Shown here: piece by piece, positions 53,016 through 64,000 of the stretch | Position numbering within the stretch: the stretch's first letter is position 1 | Layout of the letters: the number at the start of each line of letters is the position of its first letter | Assembly (NCBI GenBank): GCA_951406725.2 | Contig: OX597838.1 | Span: forward strand, 14,384,001 to 14,448,000 | Direction of reading: 5' to 3' | Source: Octopus vulgaris | Taxonomy: Eukaryota | Length of the DNA stretch: 64,000 nt | The notes under the pieces: generated by a model | Told to the model about the DNA's origin: nothing | Databases searched by the model: none | The model's input: the letters and a program-made list of their open reading frames with translations, nothing else | Position numbers and translations under genes: made by a program

Positions 53016-53580
53016 ACCACTACCATGACGACGACTACAACCACCATCACCCCACCACCATCACCACAACCACTACTACCACAACCACTATCATTACAGC
53101 CACAACAACCACCACGACTACAACTACTACAATAACGACCATCACCACTACCACCACCACCAATACAACCACCACTACAACCACCACGACCACCACTACC
53201 ACAACAACCACCATCACCCCACCACCACCACCACTACTACAACTATAACCACCACCTACTACCTATAACCACCACAGCCAGCACAACCACACAACTACCA
53301 GAACCATCACGATCACCACGACTATCATAACTACCACAGCTACTATCACCGCCACCACCACCACCACCACTACAAGCACCATCTCCACCACAACCATAAC
53401 CACAACCGCAACTACAACCACCACCACCACCACCACCACAACCACAGCCACCACAACCGCCACGACCACAACGACCACTACGGCCATCATGACTACCACA
53501 ACAACCATCACCACCACTACAACCATCACCACCACCACCACCACCACCACAACCACTAACACAACCATCACTATCATTAT
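53016..53580. repeat. Degenerate (ACC/ACA)n cryptic repeat
   Basis: Direct inspection. Confidence 0.9.
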
Positions 53581-54295
53581 CAGTAGAGGAGTCTATATGT
53601 ACTCGGAAGATCTGCTAGAAATAGAAGACAAATCACCTACGAATCACACGACTCTATTTTAAAAGCCGAAGTTAGTCCTAGGTATATATTGTGTCTTTGT
53701 GAAAGACGGGATAGTCATAGGCGGAACGCCTTCAGTGACAGGTCTGTTGGATCAGGCCTGGCCTGGGGTTAAATAACAGCTACAATAACCTTGTTGTGCT
53801 ACTCACAACAAAAACACAACATTGCTGTCATTTAGCGCCAAGTCAGTCCTGATTGAGGGCGCCTCAGAATCGGGGGGAGAGACAAGGGGCTTGATGCCTC
53901 CTTAGTGTTTTGTTACGGGGGTTAAAGGAGAAAATAATGCTTTTTTAAAAAAATACAATTCAATTCCGTTTTATGATAAACCAAATTAAATCGATAAATT
54001 AATAAATAAATAAGAATTTTGTCACACAGTGTATTGATTCGATTGATTTCGATCATGTTTACATCACGCAAGCCACGACAATGCGAACCACGTGTATGAA
54101 GCTAATTTCTATTGCTGACGTTGTTGTTTATGGATTATCAGTTACCAGGCAACAGCAGCAAGGACTATAACCAATGGTAGTAATATTTAAAATTCTGAAG
54201 TGCAAAACATGATTGTTGTTATCAAGGCCGAGTCGTCAGTCGTAAGACATCTAACGTTGCTAAAGGGCAACTAAGAAATGTCAACAATGTTTTTT

Positions 54296-55242
54296 GGATC
54301 TTTTCTTTTTGAAGGCCAGATTTTCCTAGTTAACTAAACAATTTGAAACTTCGTATACTGGTAGAATGTGTCAAAAGAAAACATTATTGTAAACAAAATT
54401 GAAAACAAAATTGTAATTCATAACTTAAACTTAGTTTAATTTTAAGAATTTTAACCAATGAAATCGCAGCATTCGAGCTCAAATTATTTACCTCTTCTTC
54501 TGTCTTCTACATGTGCTAGAAATAACAGCTATATCTCTTAAATCGATTAATTTCGTCGCCCAATAAAAATATTAACGATATTTTTTGAATATTTTCTTTA
54601 TTTTTTTTTTTTTTACCGAAAAGGCTTCTCCCATGGTTTTGAAGGGCCAGAAACAACAAAAACAAAACAATAATATGCCTAAATCGGTCTCGAGTTTGCG
54701 TATGGAGTGTGAGTCGTATTGTAAAAATTTGCGAAATATTTTTTCATAAAAGGATGCCCCCAGCTTGTCGGAAGCTGTGATATAAATTGGGAAAAAATCC
54801 TCGACACCAGTGCGTAATTGGTACTTAATTTATCGACCCCGAAACGATGAAACATTGACCCCACCCCCCTTCTGTGCAAATTTGTTGCGGCAAGTGGCAA
54901 AACACAACGTGTATTTTTGATTGTGTGCGTATGTGTGTGTATGTATATGTCCGTTTGTATGTGTGTGTACGCTTATATATTAATTACTATGTGCTTGTGC
55001 AAATGTGTGTGTGTGTGTGTGTGTCGTGTGTGTCGTGCGTCTGCTATATTTCTTTATCAATATCGATAACGCAGCAATGTTGGGATTTCATTGGTTAAAA
55101 TTCGTAAAAATTAAACTACGTTTAAGTTACAAATTACAATTTTGTTTACAATAATGTTTTCTTTTGACACATTCTACCAGTATACGAAGTTTCAAATTTT
55201 TTAGTTAACTAGGAAAATCTGGCCTTCAAAAAGAAAAGATCC
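54296..55242. mobile_element. Non-autonomous DNA transposon with ~170-bp TIRs and 8-bp TSD
   Basis: GGATCTTTTCTTTTTGAAGGCCAG.. / ..CTGGCCTTCAAAAAGAAAAGATCC; tgtttttt at 54288-54295 and 55243-55250. Confidence 0.85.
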
Positions 55243-55319
55243 TGTTTTTTTCGTGTCTCAGAGATTTTGGTGCACAAACTGATATAACGCTCCAAGTGTC
55301 AAATTTATCGTGTAAGTAG

Positions 55320-55628
55320 TGTGACGGTGCGTGGCTTAGAGGTTCGGGCATTCGGTTCGCAATTATAAGGTCGGGAGTTCGATTCTTGGCCACGCGTTGT
55401 GTCCTTGAGCAAGATACTTTATTTCTCGTTTTTTTCAGTTCCCTAACCCGGGGAAAACGAATAGTACCTGCATTTCAAAGGTCCAGCCTTATCACATTCT
55501 CTGTCACGCTGAATTTCCCTGTGTCTGTGGAGTGCTCAGCCATTTGCACGTTAATTTCACGAGCAGGGTGTTCAGTTAATCGTTGATCAGATCAAGTGGA
55601 ATCCTCGTCGTCGTAACTGACAGAGAGC
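55320..55628 (+). mobile_element. SINE family C, diverged
   Basis: Homology to 50333-50652. Confidence 0.8.
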
Positions 55629-56193
55629 CAGCCTTTTTAAAGATACTTCGGTCCAAACAACTGATTTTTCTGTTTGCGAGTAAAATCGCATTTACTTGTG
55701 AAGCACAAAACAAACAGCGATTCGTCCTTTACTGTGATTAGCGAGTTAAGAAGAGAGAAGAGATTCTGCTCTATTACTATAATCTGGATCCGTGGTGCGG
55801 AAACGGCTTCCATGCAAAATATTAGTCCGTACACCAACGAAACATAGAACTTAAAAGGGTTGGTGAGTTGTATAGTACTGACTTCTATTCTCTGTTTGAT
55901 AAATTTAAAGCAGTTTCAATGCTCTCAATTTTCCAAATTTTAGTCTCGTGGTAATGATCTACTAATACTGGCGCTGGTACATAAAATATATAGAGTATTG
56001 CTATCATACGTAAGCAAAAGTGCACAGCCAGAAAAAAAAATTTTCTAAGTATTATTTACAGATAAATATGTATTCTGCAGATTGAATACCAAATATAATC
56101 CAGTGAACACATCTGTTTATATAACAGAGAGTGTGCACAGCAATTAAAATACTTATTCTACTCAAGGCAAAAGGCCCGAAATTTTGGACAGAC

Positions 56194-56239
<46 letters not shown>

Positions 56240-56261
56240 GTAGATAGATAGATAGATAGAC

Positions 56262-56339
<78 letters not shown>

Positions 56340-56340
56340 G

Positions 56341-56398
<58 letters not shown>

Positions 56399-56632
56399 TA
56401 TAGATAGGCAAGACGTATTTCTTAGTTATTTTAGAATAATATTTTGTGTATTGTAAAAGTATGACCAATCTATTGCTCGTAATTTTTTGCAACAGAAACT
56501 TACGTGCCCCCCCCCCCACCAACGCCATATGGACCCCGGTTGAAAACCACTGGGCTGGACTAAGTGAGTGGTGGGGTGGAGGTAGCTTTATGCCTGGTGC
56601 TGTGAGGCTAAAGTGTGATAGAGGGATGAGTG

Positions 56633-56668
<36 letters not shown>

Positions 56669-56762
56669 TATATACACACACATACATATATATGTGACCG
56701 CGTGTGTACCGTTGGCGATTTTTTCCTCCGTCTTCCCTTCTCTGGATCTTTCCTTCTCCTAT

Positions 56763-56797
56763 GTTTCCGACGAAGAGCTCCGCTCGAAACGTTAAAC
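56763..56797 (+). ncRNA. Minimal variant type I hammerhead-like motif
   Basis: GTTT-CCGACGA-A-GAGC(tcc)GCTC-GAAAC-GTT-AAAC; U4 is replaced by C. Confidence 0.5.
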
Positions 56798-56956
56798 CCT
56801 CCTTCTTTCCTTCTTTCCTGAGCGTCCAATAACACTATATTTGTTCCACGTCCTCGCGTTGTTGTGTTTTTTTGTGCGTTCATGTTTGGATTAACTATAT
56901 ATATATATATACTCATACACATACACACACATATATAGATAGACAGACAGACAGAC

Positions 56957-57067
<111 letters not shown>

Positions 57068-57312
57068 CACATAAGCATATGACACAATCGTTAGCACGAC
57101 GGGCAATATGCTTAGCGGTATTTCGTCTGTCTTTACAGTTTGAGTTCAAATTCTGCCGAGGTCGACTTTGTCTTTCACCCTTTCGAGGTCGATAAATTAA
57201 GTACCAGTGAAACACTGGGGTCGATGTAACCCCAACATTTCAGGCCTTGTGCCTTTAGTAGAAAGGATTACTACTATCATCATCATCATCATCACCATCA
57301 TCATTATTACTA

Positions 57313-57402
<90 letters not shown>

Positions 57403-57591
57403 TTATTATTAGGGTTTTCGGAAAAGATTATCCAAAACCAGTTAGCTCTTGAACTATATATATTTCCTGCCCACGATGTGGTAATGGAGATTTGGTGTAT
57501 TACAAAAAACGTTCATTATTTCTCTCTGCAAGTCTTTGCTAAATTGGGAAAATTTTCGAGTGTTTTAATGTATATGTATGAACGTGTGTGA

Positions 57592-57630
<39 letters not shown>

Positions 57631-58576
57631 TGTGTGTGTGTGTCTGTGTGTGTGTGTCTGTGTGTGTGTGTCTGTGTGTGTGTGTGTGCTTGTTTTTGTT
57701 TCTTTAAATATTTCTGTTTCTTTTGTAAATACTTATCTTGCATTCGCTATCTACCGTCGTAGCTCTCTCTCTCCCACAATCTGACGAAAGCTTCTCTCTG
57801 CCTAAAACTCCCTTCCTCTCCTTTAACCTCGCAAAAGACCCCCTGAAACTACTTAAATGAAAAAATATATATATATATAGCAAAGAAAAGAAGCTCCCTA
57901 AAAATCAACAACGAAAAAGAAAAAGAAAAACAATGAAATATGAAAACAATAAAAAACAAATGCCATTCTCTCCATCTTAAACCGGAAACTAAAACGACAT
58001 GTTCGTGAGGTTCACACCGACAGGGGGTGCTTCAATCGTTTAGCAATTTTTTTGAATGAGACTCGAGTCCGCTAGCTGATCGTAACTACTGCTTGTCTTA
58101 CAATGGCTTCCCAAAAGTGCTGTTAGCAATAGCATTTCCGGGGCCTTACAGAGTTTCATCTCGAACGCCAGCAAAACGATGAGTCTTTAGAAGAGGAAGA
58201 GAGTGTAGCAGTCTACCTTGCAACATACAGTAAACGAAAAACCCTGCATTACATCGCCAGAAGCACATTATCGACAAAATACTGCATAATTACTGCCAAA
58301 AGAAACACATTTAACTCGGTCTGTATTCGTGTGTGTGTGTGTCTCTCTCTGGGCGTAATGCGCATGTCTTTACGTGTGCGTTATTTGCGTATATTAATTT
58401 TGGTGAATATACATATTAAATGTTACATACATAAGTCATATGTATATGTGTTGTGTGTGTGTATATATGTATGTTTGTTTGTCTGTATGTATGCATATAT
58501 GTACATACATACATATATACACATAGATACACAAATATATGTACATGTGCTTGTGAATGAATATCTGTATATTCAC

Positions 58577-58651
<75 letters not shown>

Positions 58652-58959
58652 TAGCCATGGCGTATATATTACAAATTTGCATGTAAATATGTGTGTATGA
58701 ATGTGTGCGCGTATATGTGTTTGTGTGTGTTTTCGTATGTGTATGCGTATGCATAAATTTAGGTGCATGTATATATATTTTTGATATATGTATGTATAAA
58801 GAATGAAATATACACACTTACTCTCACACTTATACACACAGACACTTATACACACACACTCATACTCTTATAGATACATATACATACACATATATACACA
58901 TATATATTTACACAAAGGTCGATATAGTAGTAATTATGTCTCGTTATATGTAACTAGAC

Positions 58960-59335
58960 ATGATTCTTCACCAACACCACCTCCTTTATGGGACCCAGCA
59001 ACCACACCTTCCATATTTCAGCTGCACCTCGACCAACGTCATCGTTTTTTCTGAGATGAATTCTATACATTCTATGTAGAGAATGTACTCTAGGCATTCT
59101 CGGTGCCTCGTGTATCGATCAAACTGGCTGGTGTTTGGCTGAGCGATTCCCGGTTATCCGCAAGACATCCAGTTCGGCAATAAACCATCTGTCTCTCGCC
59201 CTTTCCGCTCCGCGGTCCACGCGACATACCATCTATCTGGGTTTGACTCTACACACAGGATCTACGTACTCAAAATCTCGCCGAAAGTAGTGATTTATAT
59301 TTTCTCTTCAAACCTTCGCTCCTTTCTGTCTCAAA
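58960..59335 (+). pseudogene. Penelope-like GIY-YIG endonuclease relic
   Basis: [26 protein letters not shown] (YIGqTgR.L..RF), [30 protein letters not shown]. Confidence 0.7.
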
Positions 59336-59530
59336 TCACAACCAATCCGTCTTTAACAATACCACCGATAATCCATAGACACGCGCATATTTACGCATAT
59401 GCTGATAGGCAAAAATCCCACCACGCACACAACGCAACCATATACATTCCTAACATTATGGAGGGTCAAATTTGGAAACAAAAACAGGACAGTAGCGACA
59501 TACAAGGAAACCGAACATACATACATACCA

Positions 59531-59564
<34 letters not shown>

Positions 59565-59606
59565 CATACATACATACATACATACATACATACATAGATA
59601 CATACA

Positions 59607-59686
<80 letters not shown>

Positions 59687-59844
59687 CAGAGATCATATAT
59701 CCGAAAAAGAAACACAACCTAAAGGATATAGCAGTAATGTATTAACAAGCAGTTAAATATGTCCGGTTATGTGCGTGCGTGTGTGTGTGTAACGATAACC
59801 ACTACACATTCTTTATTTTCTCTTCTTGTTTCTTTCTGCGTTCC

Positions 59845-59878
59845 TTTCTGTGGAAGAGCGTAGGTTCGAAACGTTAAC
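59845..59878 (+). ncRNA. Minimal variant hammerhead-like motif
   Basis: ttt-CTGTGGA-A-GAGC(gtag)GTTC-GAAAC-GTT-aac; homolog of 10058-10091. Confidence 0.4.
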
Positions 59879-59979
59879 AACTTTTTTAATTCCCGAGCGT
59901 TATACTAATACATCTGTTTGTTGTCTACACCACCTGTCTTCGTCTTTTGTTTGTTTTTTCGTTAAGTCTCCCTATATAA

Positions 59980-60048
<69 letters not shown>

Positions 60049-60472
60049 CACACACACACATATACACACTGTTCGAGAAAGATATATAAGCGGAAACTTC
60101 GAAGTTACTGTCAACTTTTTCCTTGTACAAAGCTTTAAGTAATCCTTCAGTTTAATATTAAATTTATCATATATATATAAAACATGTATTAATGTATGTG
60201 CGTGTGTGTGCGCGCGCGCTTTGTGTATGTGTGTGCCTGTGTGTGTAAGTGTGGTATTCCTAAGTAACTAAAACGCGTATGCAATATTGTCATTCGCTGA
60301 CGTCATCACATAAGTCAGTTCTGTCGTACACAAGTGTTTTTATCCTTTTATATTCCGTCTCTCACTCACTCACTCACTCACACACTCACTGTATGACCTC
60401 AATTAGCTCCTATATATATATATATGTTTTCTTTTTCTGTATTCATGCATTTGTATGCATAATTGCTGTGCA

Positions 60473-60985
60473 GGGCGGCGAGCTGGCGGAAACGTTAGCA
60501 CGCCGGGCGAAATGCTTAGCGGTATTTCGTCTGCCGCTACGTTCTGAGTTCAAATTCCTCCGAGGTCGACTTTGCCTTTCATCCTTTCGGGGTCGATTAA
60601 ATAAGTACCAGTTACGCACTGGGGTCGATATAATCGACTTAATCCGTTTGCCTGTCCTTGTTTGTCCTCTCTGTGTTTAGCCCCTTTGTGGGTAGTAAAG
60701 AAATAGGTATTTTGTCTGCCGTTACGTTCTGAGTTCAAATTCCGCCGAGGTCGACTTTGCCTTTCATCCTTTCGGGGTCGATTAAATAAGTACCAGTTAC
60801 GCACTGGGGTCGATATAATCGACTTAATCCGTTTGCCTGTCCTTGTTTGTCCTCTCTGTGTTTAGCCCCTTGTGGGTAGTAAAGAAATAGGTATTGCGTT
60901 TGTCGCTACATTCTGAGTTCAAATTCCGCCGAGGCCGACTTTGCCTTTTATCCTTTCGAGGTCGATAAATTGCGTACTGGGTTCG
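60473..60985 (+). mobile_element. SINE family A, ~2.5 tandem units
   Basis: Head followed by three gttcaaatt..gactttgcc domains. Confidence 0.92.
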
Positions 60986-61616
60986 ATCGAACAGCTGTTG
61001 TCGCGTGTAGGACGGGCCCGCTTATCGGCCGAGTCTATCGTGAATATTGTTCCACCACCTTCCTTTAAACGGGAAGGGAAAACGGTTTTCGTTACGCTGA
61101 TGGCTATGGCGAAAGAATGTGTGTGGTGGACGCGTTTGAAGGGACTGCAAACAAACACCTTCCTCTCTGGTCAGTCTCACGTCAACTTTTTCAAGTACCA
61201 CTTGAAAAGGAGGATGAGAATAGAGAGGAAGGCTTTGTCGAACGAATGTTTTAATAAAAAGTGGGTAAAAGTGGCAAAAATGGTCAGTATGAAAGACGAC
61301 ACTATTTTAAGCATAAATCTGTAACCAAAAGAGACAACGAGAGGTAAGGCGACTTACTCATGTGTTCATTTTCGAACTGTCTGAGGTGACCTTAGTCTTT
61401 TTTGTAGGTTTTTGTTTCCAGGGCTACACCTAAACTGTGAACTCTCTCTATATATATATATTATATTTTTATACACCACACAACCCACAGATCCCTATTG
61501 ATCGAACGTTTCTTTTTCTTTGTGTCCCACCCATCCCACCTCGAAAAGAAAAAACTCTACATTGTATTTCGTCCATTTTTATTCTGTGTTTAGCCCTGTG
61601 TGACCACAATAAAAAG

Positions 61617-61617
<1 letters not shown>
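60986..61617 (+). mobile_element. 3' end of a Tx1/L1-like LINE (ORF2 C-terminus to stop at 61324, 3' UTR, then (TATC)n)
   Basis: Open frame EQLLSRVG..LMAMAKECVWWTR..FFKYHLKRRMRIERK..FNKKWVK..NL* (AKxxIWxxR-type motif); aataaa then (TATC)n. Confidence 0.65.
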
Positions 61618-61694
<77 letters not shown>

Positions 61695-61699
61695 GTCTG

Positions 61700-61757
<58 letters not shown>

Positions 61758-61912
61758 AGTCTGTCTGTCTTCTGTCTATCTACCAGCATGCCTGTCTGTC
61801 TGTCTATCTGTCTACTTGTCTATCTCTCTGTCTGTTTGTCTGTCTGTCTATCTTTCCGTCGGTCTCTTTATCTGTCTTTTTGTCTCTCTGTCAATCTATT
61901 TGTCTGTCTGTT

Positions 61913-61995
<83 letters not shown>

Positions 61996-62060
61996 GTCTG
62001 TCTGTCTGTCTGTCTCTCTGTCTGTCTCTCTGTCTGTCTGTGTGTCTGTCAGTCTGTCTG
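61618..62060. repeat. (TATC)n/(TGTC)n array
   Basis: Direct inspection. Confidence 0.95.
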
Positions 62061-62539
62061 AATGCCTGCTCTTAAGATATTTTCTCTCCATGGACCTGTC
62101 TTAGTTCATGTTCATATTTTATTATACATTATTTTCTCTGCTTTATTTATTCTCGAAAACTCTCCAGGTGCTCATGCACGCACGATATCCCTCACCATGC
62201 CAACGATGTTGTTCCATGAAAAAGACAAGGGCCCATAAGACTTGGCGCCAATGATATCAAAAGTGTCGCTGGAAGAAAAAATAGGGACCAGATATTGCAT
62301 GTCGTCTGTTGCTTTAATAATGCCACAAAACAGCCACCTACGACAGGTGCTTAGGGTTTGATCTTGAAAAAGCGAAATTCAAAGGTGTTCTTGACAGGAT
62401 TTGGTCGTTCTTTCTTTGTCTTTGTCTGTCTGTTGCTTCTCACGTATACACATGTACACATTCACACACGCATACGCATGTATACATTTATACATATATA
62501 CATATATGTATACATGCATGTACACATACGCATATATAC

Positions 62540-62591
<52 letters not shown>

Positions 62592-62810
62592 ATGTATGTA
62601 TGTATAGATAGCTAGATAGATAGATGCATGTATATATGTATGTATGCATGTATATATATATATACATATATGCATACATACATACACACACACACCATCA
62701 CACGGACACACACACATACACACATATATACATATATACATACATACATGCATACATACATACATACATTCATACATACATGCACACATACATACATACA
62801 CACATATATA

Positions 62811-62846
<36 letters not shown>

Positions 62847-63209
62847 TGTATGTATGTATGTTTATACTAGTCTGCCAATAATCGTTAGATTTCAAGAGAC
62901 ATGTGTGATCTCAGTGAAGATCGATAATGTATCATCAATTCAGTTTTAACTATCTAATCGATCGAATTAGAAGCCAAGAAATTTCCGGTGAATGTTGTAC
63001 AGCTTTTAATGGACAAAATTGAAATACAGTCAATCAAACCAACAGCAGTTGTTACTGTTGTTGTTATTGGCTTCGGCGACCTCAGCCTACGGTAGAAAAC
63101 GTTCGCTCAATGCGAAATGGGATCGAACTCGACATCTTGAGATTACGAGACGAATTTCTTAAATACACAATCAATGTCGTTGCTTCTGTTTTTGCATTTA
63201 TTGCTGATG

Positions 63210-63628
63210 TAGGCGTAGGAGTGGCTGTGTGGTAAGTAGCTTGCTTACCAACCACATGGTTCCGGGTTCAGTCCCACTGCGTGGCACCTTGGGTAAGTGT
63301 CTTCTACTATAGCCTCAGGCCGACCGAAGCCTTGTGAGTGGATTTGGTAGACGGAAACTGAAAGAAGCCCGTCGTATATATATGTATATATATATGTGTG
63401 TGTGTGCGTGTGTTTCTGTGTTTGTTCCCCCAACATCACTTGACAACCGATGCTGGTGTGTTTACGTCCCCGTAACTTAGCGGTTCGGCAAAAAAGAGAC
63501 CGATAAAATAAGTACTAGGCTTACAAAGAATAAGTCCTGGGGTCGATTTGATCGACTAAAAGGCGGTGCTCCAGCATGGCCACAGTCACATGACTGAAAC
63601 AAGTAAAAGAGTAAAAGAGTAAAAAGAG
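63210..63628 (+). mobile_element. SINE family B, full-length
   Basis: Family consensus match with (GTAAAAGA)n tail. Confidence 0.92.
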
Positions 63629-64000
63629 ATGTTATCATTACTGTTTTCTCCCAAGGCGGCCCTGATCCAGAAGGCATATTATCAAAGACGCTTCAGTCGT
63701 GACAACCTTACTTTAGTTTCTCTTTTTTTTTTTTTTTTTTTTCCAAATCTAAGGCTTGCAACACTTTTAGACATTTAGTTGTGTAGGATGTGATATTGTC
63801 ACTTGTTGGGTTGCCTCACACAATTCCTTACATAGTTGTAGAAAGGAAAATAGCGGGAACAAGAATCTCCGAACAAATAACAATAATGATTTATGTCGCC
63901 GAAATAAGCATTTTCATCTCTGGGCATCGGTAGCCTGGACGCCGGGGTGGAAGCAGCAGGGTTCGTAGTTAGGCACAAACTCTCAAACTCACAAACTCAC

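Overview
Gene-poor, AT-rich, microsatellite-saturated eukaryotic DNA. The SINE families, simple-repeat load and transposon relics look like a coleoid cephalopod (Octopus-type) genome; this is an inference from repeat style. I can support no intact protein-coding gene, and nearly all ORFs in the track are translated microsatellites. The window is a mosaic of three tRNA-derived SINE families (A, B, C), decayed mariner/Tc1/maT transposons and MITEs, LINE 3' fragments (RTE, R4/Dong-like, Tx1-like, CR1/Jockey-like), Penelope-like (PLE) RT and GIY-YIG relics, and a tRNA-Lys(UUU) pseudogene. The main find is a set of hammerhead-ribozyme (HHR) motifs in small (TA)n-flanked elements. It includes two type I HHRs, four minimal variant HHRs, and three copies of a repeat that holds all HHR core strands in a NON-circularly permuted ('jumbled', pseudoknotted) order, with compensatory base changes in stems I and III across copies. 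All structures were paired by eye and none has been shown to cleave.
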